Part shown: positions 8,691-19,100 of the stretch, piece after piece | How positions within the stretch are numbered: position 1 is the stretch's first letter | Layout of the letters: each line of letters begins with the position of its first letter | Source of the DNA: Escherichia phage HX01 | Length of the DNA: 64,000 nucleotides | Strand: one strand, 5' to 3' | Sequence record: NC_018855.1 | Made by a program: the position numbers and the translations under genes | Notes under the pieces: generated by a model | Told to the model about the DNA's origin: nothing | The model's input: the letters and a program-made list of their open reading frames with translations, nothing else | Database searches by the model: none

Positions 8691-8892
8691 TTCTAAAGCA
8701 GATTATTTTAATTCTGTTAATGATAAGAATAAAGCTTTAATTCGCCACTTTATTACTGAGATGGGATACACTGACTCTAAAGATTTGAAAGAGCACATTA
8801 TCGAATGTTCTGTGGCTAAAAAGTTTTCTTTTACCGATAAATGTTTAAACGAGGTTATAAAGCATTATGAACAATCTTGTAGCAAAACATAA
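8674..8892 (+). CDS. hypothetical early protein (72 aa)
   Basis: ORF with AAGGA RBS, overlaps upstream gene by 17 nt. Confidence 0.45.
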   Translation: MMRIIDSKADYFNSVNDKNKALIRHFITEMGYTDSKDLKEHIIECSVAKKFSFTDKCLNEVIKHYEQSCSKT

Positions 8893-8975
8893 TTTCAATA
8901 AGGCTTCTGTTCATAAGGACAAGAAGAAATCAGAACTTCAATCTAAACGTAAACAAAAACATAAGGGTAAAGACT

Positions 8976-9275
8976 ATGCTTATTAAAATCAAAGAAAATC
9001 CTGCAACTGAACTTGTTATTCGATGCGAAGAACTTGCAGAGCTTTATCAGGTTAACCGAGAAGTATATCGTAGTGTTGTTGCAGATATGGCAGACGAAGT
9101 ATGTTCTCGTATTCCTTTTAGTGTTGATTTCAATCACATGAAGCCTGGTGAAATCACTATCGTCTTTGGTTCTGACTATACTGAAGAACGGGCTCTTAAT
9201 GCCCTAGAATATGAAATGTCGTTCTTCGACATACAGGACTATATTGATAGTTATAAGGAACGATATGAGTCATAA
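8976..9275 (+). CDS. arn: acidic small protein, possible anti-restriction nuclease Arn-like
   Basis: 99 aa acidic protein in the arn position between motA and asiA (T4 Arn about 92 aa); assignment by synteny and composition only. Confidence 0.45.
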   Translation: MLIKIKENPATELVIRCEELAELYQVNREVYRSVVADMADEVCSRIPFSVDFNHMKPGEITIVFGSDYTEERALNALEYEMSFFDIQDYIDSYKERYES

Positions 9276-9426
9276 TCTTCAGAACGTAGTAGAGGCCGAA
9301 CGTGAGCGTGAGGCTTTAGTCTATAATGAACTATTAGTTCCGTTCTTGGCCTTACACTCGTACGAACAGGAAGACTACACCAATTACGTTAAAAGCGTAG
9401 AAAAAGCCATTTACAATCAACACTGA
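9265..9426 (+). CDS. hypothetical small protein (53 aa; asiA.1 position)
   Basis: Internal ATG with AAGGAA RBS inside track ORF 9211..9426; the longer version would overlap the previous gene heavily. Confidence 0.35.
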   Translation: MSHNLQNVVEAEREREALVYNELLVPFLALHSYEQEDYTNYVKSVEKAIYNQH

Positions 9427-9472
9427 TAATGGTACTATATCCATATCAACTAAGTGGAATGAATAAAACGTT

Positions 9473-9745
9473 ATGAATAAAGACATTGAAATCGTACGTG
9501 AAATTATTACTATTGCTTCTATTTTGATTAAATTCTCTAGGGAAGATATTGTTGAAGACCGAGCAAGTTTCATCGGATTCTTGAATGAGATTGGAATTAA
9601 AAAAGATGGTCGGCAGCTAAATCAGAATTCGTTCAGAAAACTAATTACAAATTTAACTGCCGAAGAAAAGAAAACACTGATTAGTGAATTCAACGAAGGT
9701 TTTGAAAATATTTATCGTCATTTAGCGATGTATTCTAACAACTAA
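9473..9745 (+). CDS. asiA: anti-sigma70 factor AsiA
   Basis: 90 aa, N-terminus MNK.I..VREIIT.ASILIKFSREDIVE; same length as T4 AsiA; adjacent to holin t. Confidence 0.9.
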   Translation: MNKDIEIVREIITIASILIKFSREDIVEDRASFIGFLNEIGIKKDGRQLNQNSFRKLITNLTAEEKKTLISEFNEGFENIYRHLAMYSNN

Positions 9746-10405
9746 TTATTTGGCCCTTCCTAGTATTCGGACCGCTTGGTTGCATATAGCCGCTAAGCGA
9801 TCCTCCTCAAGTATATTATTCCCCTTATACCAATACATCGTCACAGTTCCAGCATAGATGTTATCCAAATTAAAGTATGGACAACTATACATATAAGAAA
9901 GTTCGGCAGTCTTAGATTTTGTAGGCAAAAATGCAAATTCTGATTTAGATGAGAAATGACGGCCACTTAAATGAATTATATATTCATTGGCCGTTTTATC
10001 CACCGGGAATCCACCAAGGGACTTTTCAGAAATTGTGCTAGGTAGTTTGCCTTCATAAGCTATAAGGTCGACAAAATAATTTAAGTTTTTAGGTCTGAAA
10101 GAATACACAGCACTAAAATCTGCACCAGATGAGATATGAACTATTTGCAGTTGTTCTAGAGCCGCAGATTCAAAACGTAAAGCTCGTTCTTTTTGGATTA
10201 TTTCAGTATAAGTATCATACTTAGCTCTTACGTAATAATCCAGCAAAATACTTCCTTTGTACCATATTAGTGCCATTAGGAACAAAAGAATAATTACCGC
10301 TACTCGTGACATTAAAACCTTTCCAGTAGCGTTATCTTTGAAAATACGATCTAGCAACCCAAATAGAATATCACTAGGTGAAAATGACACTTTTGGTGTT
10401 GCCAT
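9746..10405 (-). CDS. t: holin T
   Basis: 219 aa (T4 T 218 aa), N-terminal TM segment, located downstream of gene 38. Confidence 0.9.
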   Translation of the reverse strand: MATPKVSFSPSDILFGLLDRIFKDNATGKVLMSRVAVIILLFLMALIWYKGSILLDYYVRAKYDTYTEIIQKERALRFESAALEQLQIVHISSGADFSAVYSFRPKNLNYFVDLIAYEGKLPSTISEKSLGGFPVDKTANEYIIHLSGRHFSSKSEFAFLPTKSKTAELSYMYSCPYFNLDNIYAGTVTMYWYKGNNILEEDRLAAICNQAVRILGRAK

Positions 10406-10414
10406 AATACCTCC

Positions 10415-10966
10415 TTACTTAAAGATATTTATAATCGCTTTGAAAATAGATTTGTTTTCAAGGTCAGGGAATTTAGGGAATTCGCCGCCAAGATGTTCAT
10501 GTTTTTCTAAAAGGGCAAAGAATTTTTTGAGCTCTTTAAATTTTCGTTTTTCTTCTCTATTAGCAACCTCTGCGTCAATAAGAGAACTTAAAACACCGAA
10601 TAATTTATAGAGTTCATGAATTTTCTTGTCACGTTGAACTACGCGTTTATATGCTTCATCTTCCTTCCACCCGTCACCGGACCAAATGTCAAATTCACCA
10701 GGTTCTTCTGTAGTAACATTTTGAAGAGTACCTGGAGTGTCAATAACAATTTTTTGCTTATCATAAGTCCATACTGTTTTTCCACGATGGTCTTCGACAT
10801 ATACCCATTCTTGTTCGCGTTCATCAAATACAACAGCATAGCCTTCTTTAGGGTCTAAAGGTTTTTTTGGTGTCGAATGAGCCGGAAATCCTACGCCTTT
10901 TAATGGTTTATAATTTTCTTCTTTGTAAAATTCTTTAGTGTCAAAATAATAGTGATAGAGTTTCAT
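10415..10966 (-). CDS. 38: distal long tail fibre assembly chaperone gp38 (T4-type)
   Basis: 183 aa, same length as T4 gp38; directly downstream of gene 37. Confidence 0.85.
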   Translation of the reverse strand: MKLYHYYFDTKEFYKEENYKPLKGVGFPAHSTPKKPLDPKEGYAVVFDEREQEWVYVEDHRGKTVWTYDKQKIVIDTPGTLQNVTTEEPGEFDIWSGDGWKEDEAYKRVVQRDKKIHELYKLFGVLSSLIDAEVANREEKRKFKELKKFFALLEKHEHLGGEFPKFPDLENKSIFKAIINIFK

Positions 10967-10973
10967 ATTATAA

Positions 10974-10989
10974 AAAGGGACCGAAGTCC
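10974..10989 (-). terminator. hairpin terminator/attenuator between genes 37 and 38
   Basis: On minus strand AGGGAC-UUCG-GUCCCU followed by UUUUUAUA. Confidence 0.6.
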
Positions 10990-10996
10990 CTTCTCC

Positions 10997-13900
10997 TTAT
11001 GCTAAACGAACGATATAGTTAAAAGCAACGTTTTTAACTGTGTTTTCTGTATTTCCTGTGGCATTTACAGTTATTGTATGTCCATGGGAACCAATTGCAA
11101 CAGTATGAGAATGAGCACCAATACCCACAGTATGCGTATGAGCACCAATACCCACAGTATGAGCATGGTTACCCGTAGCGCTAGTAGTTCCTGACCAACT
11201 ATGAGTGTGGGCACCATCTGAAGAAGTTTTGGCTATATTCGACCCTGCAGTAGCACCATTCACGGTTCCAGTGAATTTAGCGTTGGCGTTTGCACCTACA
11301 CTATTATATCCGTCATAGAATATGTTATTGGGTATGCCGGCTTGTATCTGAGGGCCTGAACGCGCGTGTTGGTGCGCACCGGCGGAACTAGTATTACCGC
11401 TCACTGTATGGTTATGGTTACCAGTGGTATTACTGGTCTTAGTACCATAATCAAAGCTTGAAGTCGTTTTGCTACCGTAATCAAAACTAGAAGTGGTCTT
11501 AGTACCCAAATCCGTGTTTGATGCACTTGCACTATGGCTATGTGACTTAACACCGTCTGCTTCTGTACTTAATACAGCACGCCCAGATGGTTTACCCTTG
11601 ATAGTTTGACCACGCATATCAGGCAGAGAGCCGGAAGGATACACAGCAGCTAACTTAGGATACAAGCCAGCATCAAATGTTTGACCTTCCATTATGGCGT
11701 AACCTTCAGGAGGTGTATCAGTAGGCCAAGGAATCGGAGCACCAATTGGATAACTTGAGACAATATCCGTCTTAAGGTTATTTATTGTGGTATTCAAGTT
11801 AGCAAAATTGCCAGAACCACCGGTGATATTACCATCAGTACCAATACGAACATTACCAGCGCCTAATTTACCAGGAGAGTAAAAATCACCGTTTTTATTA
11901 AATTCCCAACCTAAATCCTTTATAATTGCGCCAGTAGAACCGCCATCGCCACCTTCGTGATAATGAACTCTAAAGTTACCACCATTAATTAAAGTACCAA
12001 TAGAATAGCAACTATTATTTTGAACGTATCTTTGTTTCACAATAGGAACATAAGTGCTTGTATCTGTTCTATCAATATTCATATAGAAAGGAGCACGAAC
12101 GTTTTCATTATTTTGTGAAGCAAAAGAACCGGCTCCAGCTGGGCGAACAGCATCAGTACATTCTGCATCAATGTACGCCGACTGACCTATCTGCATTCTG
12201 AAATTAGGAGAAATGCGACTATTACTAGTAACAACAACAAGTTTGTTATCGTTGTCCACAGTAATCATATTACCACCAGCACCATCATCGCCTAACGTAA
12301 CAGAATGACGCATTTGCACCATACCATTATTAAGGCTAATACTAAGCGGGCGGAGATTACTTATTCCACCACTTTCACCTGCATCTTTAAGTGTAGGTAT
12401 AATATACAAAGACGCTTCAGAACGACGGAAAATAGCTCCATATTCAGCATTGTAAATACGGAAAGCATCTGCGGTATTACCGATTTTAACTTGACCTGTA
12501 ATAGAACCACCGCCGGATAAAACAAGCCCGTTATCCATAGTAACTTGTCCGGATAATGTACTTAATCCATTAACTCTAAGACTTCCATCGGTGATAATGC
12601 TCCCTCTTGCATTCAGTTGTCCATTAATTTGTGTTACAACAGGTCCCACAGTTTCTGAACCGGTTGGAGCCACACGCTGTGAATAAAAATAATATCCTTG
12701 TCCGTCAGCTACTTCAAAAACTGTTTCACGATTACGATCGCCGGATGCGTTAAATGAATTACCCCATGCTTTAACAGTTACATAACTCTTATTCTGACCT
12801 GCTCGAGTACCGCCTTCCCACATGATTTGCTTAGTGCCGTCAATACCTGAAGCTGCTTTAAAAACTAGAGAAGCATTAGTTCCATCACCATTAAAATATA
12901 ATCCATTATTAAGCTTTAACGTTTGAACAGAAGCGACGGTACCATCAGCACGCAAACTTAATGTATTTGAACTAGTTTTAATATCTAAAATTCCTGGTTC
13001 AACAATAAGTCCTTCGGCCATGCCAACAGCCATACGACCTGTACCACGGAAATAGTGATACATCTTGGCATTGCTGCTATAACCTATATGAGTCTGACCA
13101 TCGCCGTTATTATTACCATCAATATCGGTGCGTGCGGTAAACATTGCTTGGTTGTTATTTGGAAAATCCCAGGTAGAACCGGAATCTCGACTATAACCAA
13201 CCATCAATTTTTTAGTACTGTTAATACCGTTATTAAGAATAGTGCCGGCAGAAATACCATTCGCAACTAAATCGATAACCCCGTCACGAACCCATTTAAT
13301 ACCAGTATCATTGTCACCAATTGCAATACCTTTACCAAACGAAACCAATGGATAACGTCCTTGGTCACCAACATCAGCAAGACCTATACCTATCGAATTA
13401 GCAACAGACATACGCCCATCTGTGGTATAAGACCATTGATAAACTTCAGCATTACGTCCCGTCCAATACGAAATATTCTGTGGTTTACCTGAACGAGCAT
13501 CAGCAACTTCATGGAAAATAGCAGAAGAAACATGTCCGCGGAATTTACGAAGGTAGTTTATACCATTAGTATCCAAATCCGTTTCGGTTGGAGTATACTG
13601 CCAAGTCGGTAATGAAACTAAATCATATGCAGTATCAATATTAGTGTCCCAAGATTTAGTGCTCACATTGATATTTTTGGTAATAACTTTAGGACCAATT
13701 AAAGAACCAGCTTTAGTTTCAATATTACTTTGAGTAACTAAATATCCATTAGATACTAATAAACTTCCGGAATCAACTTGAAAATTACCGTTTCGATTAA
13801 AAGTCCAGTATTTTGAAGTCCCGGTTTCATCAATATAATGGAATTTAAAACTACCTTCGTTTACTAATGTACCAGCAGAAAAAGTTCCATCTTTATAGCG

Positions 13901-14290
13901 TTGTTTAATCAGCGGATGGTATTCTGAAACAGAAGTAGTTGAACTTAAATCTGTAAAGATAGGGGCTTTATTCAAATGTTGGTTGGCCCAACGAGCACCA
14001 TTTCCAGCGGTTTTAGGTAAAAATTCAATATACTTACCGGCGTAAACGAACATATTACCATTGAGGTTAAATGTGCCGTTTTGTAAATAATCACCATTTT
14101 GAGTTACATTACCGTTAATATCCCCGCCCTTAGCAAAGCCTAGGCTAATAATATTACCGAGGTCATCTTTAGTAAAAAGAGTTCGATCTTTTAAGTTTAT
14201 CGCTAATTCGCCTTCGGCTAATTGTGCCGCAGTAGGATTAACTCCTGCTACTTTGCTTCTTTTAAATTGTATCTGTTTTAATGTAGCCAT
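10997..14290 (-). CDS. 37: long tail fibre distal subunit gp37 (receptor-binding tip)
   Basis: 1097 aa; C-terminal His-x-His repeat boxes ([25 protein letters not shown]) typical of the T4 gp37 iron-binding needle; synteny 34-35-36-37-38. Confidence 0.9.
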   Translation of the reverse strand: MATLKQIQFKRSKVAGVNPTAAQLAEGELAINLKDRTLFTKDDLGNIISLGFAKGGDINGNVTQNGDYLQNGTFNLNGNMFVYAGKYIEFLPKTAGNGARWANQHLNKAPIFTDLSSTTSVSEYHPLIKQRYKDGTFSAGTLVNEGSFKFHYIDETGTSKYWTFNRNGNFQVDSGSLLVSNGYLVTQSNIETKAGSLIGPKVITKNINVSTKSWDTNIDTAYDLVSLPTWQYTPTETDLDTNGINYLRKFRGHVSSAIFHEVADARSGKPQNISYWTGRNAEVYQWSYTTDGRMSVANSIGIGLADVGDQGRYPLVSFGKGIAIGDNDTGIKWVRDGVIDLVANGISAGTILNNGINSTKKLMVGYSRDSGSTWDFPNNNQAMFTARTDIDGNNNGDGQTHIGYSSNAKMYHYFRGTGRMAVGMAEGLIVEPGILDIKTSSNTLSLRADGTVASVQTLKLNNGLYFNGDGTNASLVFKAASGIDGTKQIMWEGGTRAGQNKSYVTVKAWGNSFNASGDRNRETVFEVADGQGYYFYSQRVAPTGSETVGPVVTQINGQLNARGSIITDGSLRVNGLSTLSGQVTMDNGLVLSGGGSITGQVKIGNTADAFRIYNAEYGAIFRRSEASLYIIPTLKDAGESGGISNLRPLSISLNNGMVQMRHSVTLGDDGAGGNMITVDNDNKLVVVTSNSRISPNFRMQIGQSAYIDAECTDAVRPAGAGSFASQNNENVRAPFYMNIDRTDTSTYVPIVKQRYVQNNSCYSIGTLINGGNFRVHYHEGGDGGSTGAIIKDLGWEFNKNGDFYSPGKLGAGNVRIGTDGNITGGSGNFANLNTTINNLKTDIVSSYPIGAPIPWPTDTPPEGYAIMEGQTFDAGLYPKLAAVYPSGSLPDMRGQTIKGKPSGRAVLSTEADGVKSHSHSASASNTDLGTKTTSSFDYGSKTTSSFDYGTKTSNTTGNHNHTVSGNTSSAGAHQHARSGPQIQAGIPNNIFYDGYNSVGANANAKFTGTVNGATAGSNIAKTSSDGAHTHSWSGTTSATGNHAHTVGIGAHTHTVGIGAHSHTVAIGSHGHTITVNATGNTENTVKNVAFNYIVRLA
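11100..11170 (-). repeat. in-frame tandem repeat within gene 37 encoding His-x-His boxes
   Basis: Repeated unit CAGTATG(A/C)G(A/T)ATGAGCACCAATACCCA on plus strand, encoding VGIGAH(T/S)HT repeats. Confidence 0.8.
11437..11515 (-). repeat. in-frame tandem repeat within gene 37 encoding TSSFDYG(S/T)KT
   Basis: Near-identical about 30-bp units visible on plus strand (ACCATAATCAAAGCTTGAAGT / ACCGTAATCAAAACTAGAAGT). Confidence 0.75.
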
Positions 14291-14298
14291 AAGTCCTC

Positions 14299-14961
14299 TT
14301 AATAATAGCCGAAATCTTGAACAGAATCTTTAATTACAATCTGGTCGAAACGAGGAACATGATTAGCCTCGGATGCCGGATTCTGTGAGAAAAAGTTTGG
14401 TGCTGTTAAAGTACCAGTCATGGTGTCGCCTTTACGCAATACACGGGAATTTGCGTTATCCGTAACAATATTTATTCGTCCATCAACATAGTCCTTTCTA
14501 GTAAGGTCATTCGCTGCTACAGGAGCAGTAGCGTTAGAACGAACAGGACCGGTTGCATAAAAACCGCCCTTAGTGCTGACATCACCGGTACGAGCGTTAA
14601 TAACAACAGTTCGTTCTGCTGAACCTTGTGATGATTTAAAACCAATACCATTCCATGAAACGATGTCAATATTTGCCATAGCAAAAGTAGCTGCATCACC
14701 GTTACCTGGATAAACACCGCACTGTTGACTACTACCTATAGTAGGAACATGTACGCCTCCATTAAATCGAACGGTCGCGCCGTAAGTACCACCATTAGCT
14801 TTAGAAACGAAATCGTTATCAGCCGCTTGTGGTTTATTATATTCTGAATAGAGTTTAAACGTTTTATACAGGACGTCATCACCTGCTGGCATTAAAGGGA
14901 AATTACCTTGATGCCATATGACAGCACCGCCAGTTGTACTACCAGCTTTTAAATCGGCCAT
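14299..14961 (-). CDS. 36: long tail fibre distal connector gp36
   Basis: 220 aa (T4 gp36 221 aa); late promoter immediately upstream. Confidence 0.85.
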   Translation of the reverse strand: MADLKAGSTTGGAVIWHQGNFPLMPAGDDVLYKTFKLYSEYNKPQAADNDFVSKANGGTYGATVRFNGGVHVPTIGSSQQCGVYPGNGDAATFAMANIDIVSWNGIGFKSSQGSAERTVVINARTGDVSTKGGFYATGPVRSNATAPVAANDLTRKDYVDGRINIVTDNANSRVLRKGDTMTGTLTAPNFFSQNPASEANHVPRFDQIVIKDSVQDFGYY

Positions 14962-14985
14962 AGTTGTCTCCTTATATGTATACCA

Positions 14986-14993
14986 TATTTATA
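14986..14993 (-). promoter_or_regulatory. late promoter (TATAAATA) for gene 36
   Basis: Reverse complement of TATTTATA; about 20 nt upstream of gene 36 start. Confidence 0.6.
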
Positions 14994-15000
14994 CAAAAAT

Positions 15001-15018
15001 GGGAGACCGAAGTCTCCC
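15001..15018 (-). terminator. hairpin terminator/attenuator between genes 35 and 36
   Basis: On minus strand GGGAGAC-UUCG-GUCUCCC followed by AUUUUU; gene 36 late promoter immediately downstream. Confidence 0.6.
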
Positions 15019-15023
15019 TAAAT

Positions 15024-16151
15024 TTATTCCGATGCTTCTTTAAATTCTTGTCCAAATACCTTACCAGTATCAGTTGAAGATTGAGTAGGTAATGTCATTA
15101 TGTCTGGGGCACTTAAAGATTCTGAAACATAATTTACACGAATACCATTTACACCAAACTCAGCAGGTTTTGAAACGCTTCCATTACATGATACTTCAGT
15201 GAATATAATGTTTCTTAATCCACCTTGCCCGACTGGAGCTGTACGATAACAATAAATCGTGAACCCGTCAGCACCAGCAGGAATTTCTATGTAGTCTTCA
15301 TATATCTTCCATTCACCTGCAGCCCCATCAAAGTTTATATCCTTAAATGAAATAGGTGAAGTAGAAGGAGATTTAAAGAAACGAATAGAAAGTCGTGTCG
15401 TCCCTTGTGCTAACAAATCAGCATCGGCCATTAGTTGGAATTTCATATAAAGGAAATCTCCAGGCTTCAATTTATACCCAGCGAGAGGTGTAATAAGGGA
15501 TGTTGTAGGCATCCTTTTAATTTCATTATTAGTACCTCCAACGGCAGATAAAAATGTGTCTGTCGATTCATACGTACGACTAGGGAAGCCGGTAGCACCA
15601 ATATCGTCGATCGTGTCATACACAACATCAAGTGGTGTACTATAGTCGGTTGAAGTTTTCTTATTACTATACTTAATATGTTCTAGTGCTATAGCATTCT
15701 TACCAGAAATATAAAATGCCGAATAAGAAATGTCCACTATATTTAAAACTTGTTGAGCTAATGGAATAGCAGAACTTCCGGCTTTATTAAACCATGTAAG
15801 AACTTCAGGCGGAAAGTTTGTTTTAGCGTTAGTAACAAGAGCAAATATAAAATTTGAAGCATATGTGTCCATGAAAGTAACAAATGCACTTGACGTTGTG
15901 TCGTTTTCAGTAGAGAAATTATATGACTTAGATTCAACTACTGCACCTGTTGTAGGATTTATTACACGAACGTTTAATCCAACGGAAAAAACCTGGGACC
16001 CAAGTGGATTATCTTGGAACTTAATATAAGCAGGAGATGTTGATAGCGGGCAAGAGCCCGCTATGCTTAATTTAAATCGTACTGAATTGCTTTCCGATAA
16101 AAATGGCGTTTGGACGTATCCTTGTCCGAACTTAGCCATAAATTTTTCCAT
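15024..16151 (-). CDS. 35: long tail fibre hinge protein gp35
   Basis: 375 aa (T4 gp35 372 aa); synteny. Confidence 0.85.
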   Translation of the reverse strand: MEKFMAKFGQGYVQTPFLSESNSVRFKLSIAGSCPLSTSPAYIKFQDNPLGSQVFSVGLNVRVINPTTGAVVESKSYNFSTENDTTSSAFVTFMDTYASNFIFALVTNAKTNFPPEVLTWFNKAGSSAIPLAQQVLNIVDISYSAFYISGKNAIALEHIKYSNKKTSTDYSTPLDVVYDTIDDIGATGFPSRTYESTDTFLSAVGGTNNEIKRMPTTSLITPLAGYKLKPGDFLYMKFQLMADADLLAQGTTRLSIRFFKSPSTSPISFKDINFDGAAGEWKIYEDYIEIPAGADGFTIYCYRTAPVGQGGLRNIIFTEVSCNGSVSKPAEFGVNGIRVNYVSESLSAPDIMTLPTQSSTDTGKVFGQEFKEASE

Positions 16152-16159
16152 AATACCTC

Positions 16160-19100
16160 TTATTCAATCCACTCAAATTTAACAGTTTTATTCACAGGGT
16201 CTGGAATAATGCGAACATTACCAATCCTTAAGAAATCCCTTATTGTCAAGTTTCCGATTGTTGCATTATCAGAAGGTAAAGCGCCAATATCAGAAGGTTG
16301 AGGAGGGTTTCCGCCATCAAATACCTGAACAAAACTCGACCAAGAATTTTTAGTTTTCTGCCATGTACGTGTCCAACGGGTTGTACGTGCTTCTGGAGTT
16401 GTTGGATAAGTAATCCAATCTTGGTAAAGTGAATCAAGTGTATTACCAAACTGAGTCAATGTACCAGGAGATTTAACTTCTTCGCCACGTTCTAAGTATG
16501 GAAGCCCAGTCACTTCATTAGTTTTTTCAACCATTTTAAAATAACCCGGGAATTGGTTATAAGTAGCTGAATCATTAATGTCAATTGACCAGAATCCTAC
16601 AGTATCAGATGTCGGTGCACGGGTGTATAAATCAGCGGTTTTAGTGCCCTGAGAACGAATTCTCGAGTTAACAGTTAAACCACCTGAATTTATAGTAGCA
16701 CCTTTGGCAATGATTAAGCTTTCACCAATCGTTACTTGGCCGGATGCATTATTAATAGCTAAAGGACGTAATCCATTAAATCCGCCAGTCTGATCACCTG
16801 ATGCAGTAAGCATAAAATAGGTATTAGCAGCATCATTACGAATAAAGAATCCGTAATTACCACTAATTGCTCTGAATGCGTTTGCACTATAGGTTATAAA
16901 TTCACCCTGTGCTGTCACCGAACGTCCAAATGTTGCCGCACCATTAGCATTCAATGTTCCGGATGCATTAACATTAATCGGCCGAACTGTACCGTTGATG
17001 CTGAAAGTAATATTACCAAGGTTATCCCGTTGTGAATAAAAGTGGTTAGATGTTTCATCACCAACTTCAAATATCGTAGCACGAGATGTATCAGAACCGC
17101 CGGCGAATTGGTTACCCCATACACGGATATTCATCGCCTGAGCAGGGTTGTTTCCAGTTTGTGGACCTTTTTCAAATATTAAGCGAGTTGAAGCACCTGT
17201 ATTAGAAATAGTTAATGTACTATTAGCAGATACCGAACCACCAAACGTAGCCGTACTAGATGATACAAGAGGGGCACTCAGATTCGTTTGTTGGGTTAAG
17301 GTTAGTGAACCATTAACCGTCTGTGCAATGTCCCTACGAATGAACTGAGATGAATCTAGGCCATCTAATAAATTTGCGTCAGCAGCTTTTGCTTTTAATG
17401 GCAAGTAATTTGCCAATACACGGTTTAATTCATACGGTGATACTGCATAGCTATTTTTCTCGTATAGCTCTAAGTTTTGTGTAGAACCGACTGTATCATT
17501 ACCAACGAATGTAATAGAACCGGATGAAGTTTTAACGAATCCGCGAATTGCTGTAGTAGCAGCCCATGTTGGTTCACTCTGCACAATCCATTTTAAATTC
17601 TTAGGAGATACAGCAGTGTTCGCTGACGTTCCAGTCACAGTTTCAGACTGGGTTGCAACCTTGATTACACCTTCAGACGTTTCAGTGGACTTAGTCCCTA
17701 AAAGCTTTTTAGGAGTAATAAGAACATCATCTAAAGTTCCTGCATTAGATTCTGCCTGGGTCGCTACGCGAAGTGTACCACGTTGTGTTTCATTTGCTTT
17801 AGAAATATCAAGAGTATAATGGTTCCACAAGGTTCCTTCTTCAATAAGTCCGGAATCAGAATTAACACTGGTACGGTCAGAAGAATCAAAATGAGTTTTA
17901 ATTTTCAGTGGAGTCGAGATACGAGTATCATCAGTTCCAGTATCAAATTCAACTTGCGTAGCAATTTCGGCTATGCCGGATAATCCTTCCGTCGCTCTCC
18001 TATCATTTAACGTCTTAGGCGTTACTGCACGTGTATAATCAGTCCCAGCATTAGTTTCTGCTTGCGTAGCAATTTCAATTAAACCAATACGTCCATCAGT
18101 AGAAGTTTTCTTATGTAGTGTTTCAGGAGTTACTACAGCATGAGAGTATCCAGACTGAGATTGTCCAGCAATTACTTCACTATCAATAGCTAAAATTACT
18201 GCACCTTGTTGGGCGTAAGTTGCTTTATATTGGTCAAGGGCTTTAGGAGAAATAGTTAAATTATTTACGGTTTTATTATAAACATTAGTGCCTGCAGCCC
18301 CACGAGTTTCGGCAGGAGTAGCAGAAGTAGTTGATACATATTTAACTATACCCGATAGTGTTTCGGAACCCTGACGTGCCTGTAATTTCTTAGGCGTAAT
18401 AATCGTTGTGTCATCAAGACCAGCATCGGTTTCAGTCTGAGTAGCAATTTCAGCAAGACCGCGACGAGTTTCAGTTGCTGTACGCTCATTTAGTTTTTTA
18501 GGCGTAACAATAGTATCGTCCACAAATGATGCTGTGGAATTCTGGTTAACTTGTGCTGTTGTAGCAATTTTAGCGATACCACGTCGAGCTTCAGTTGCTG
18601 TACGATTTGCCAACGTTTCAGGAGTAATAGCAACTTCTTTAGCCGGAGTATTCTCTAAATCAACATTTGCTTGCGCTTGAGTAGCAAGAGCAATAACACC
18701 TAAACGAGCTCGTGTAGCATCAGTTCCAGCATCAACACGTTCTACCGTAGGGACATTCTGTTGCACAACCCAATAATGGGTGTCAGAATCGGTATCTTCA
18801 ATATATGCTAATTCTAATACAGGAACATATGAATTAGTACCATTGAATTCCAATTCAGTAACAGAAACCCATTGAGCATCAGGTGGATATTCAGAACGTT
18901 TAGGGAACTGAAGCAATGCAACAGAAGAAGCAATTGTATCACCAGTAGCTGCTTTAATTTTTACTGTTTGGCCTTTACGCATGTAGTTCATTGAAATTTT
19001 AACAGTGTCACCACTCAAAATTCCAGTAGGCAGCGTAAGATTAATAGTTCCGGTTGTAGCGTTATTTGTGCCAAAAATAAGAACTTCTTCATTTGGACGA

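Noticed and set aside
11100-11515. Possible CRISPR-like repeat array
   Set aside because: The repeats are in-frame tandem coding repeats within tail fibre gene 37, with no spacer-repeat regularity
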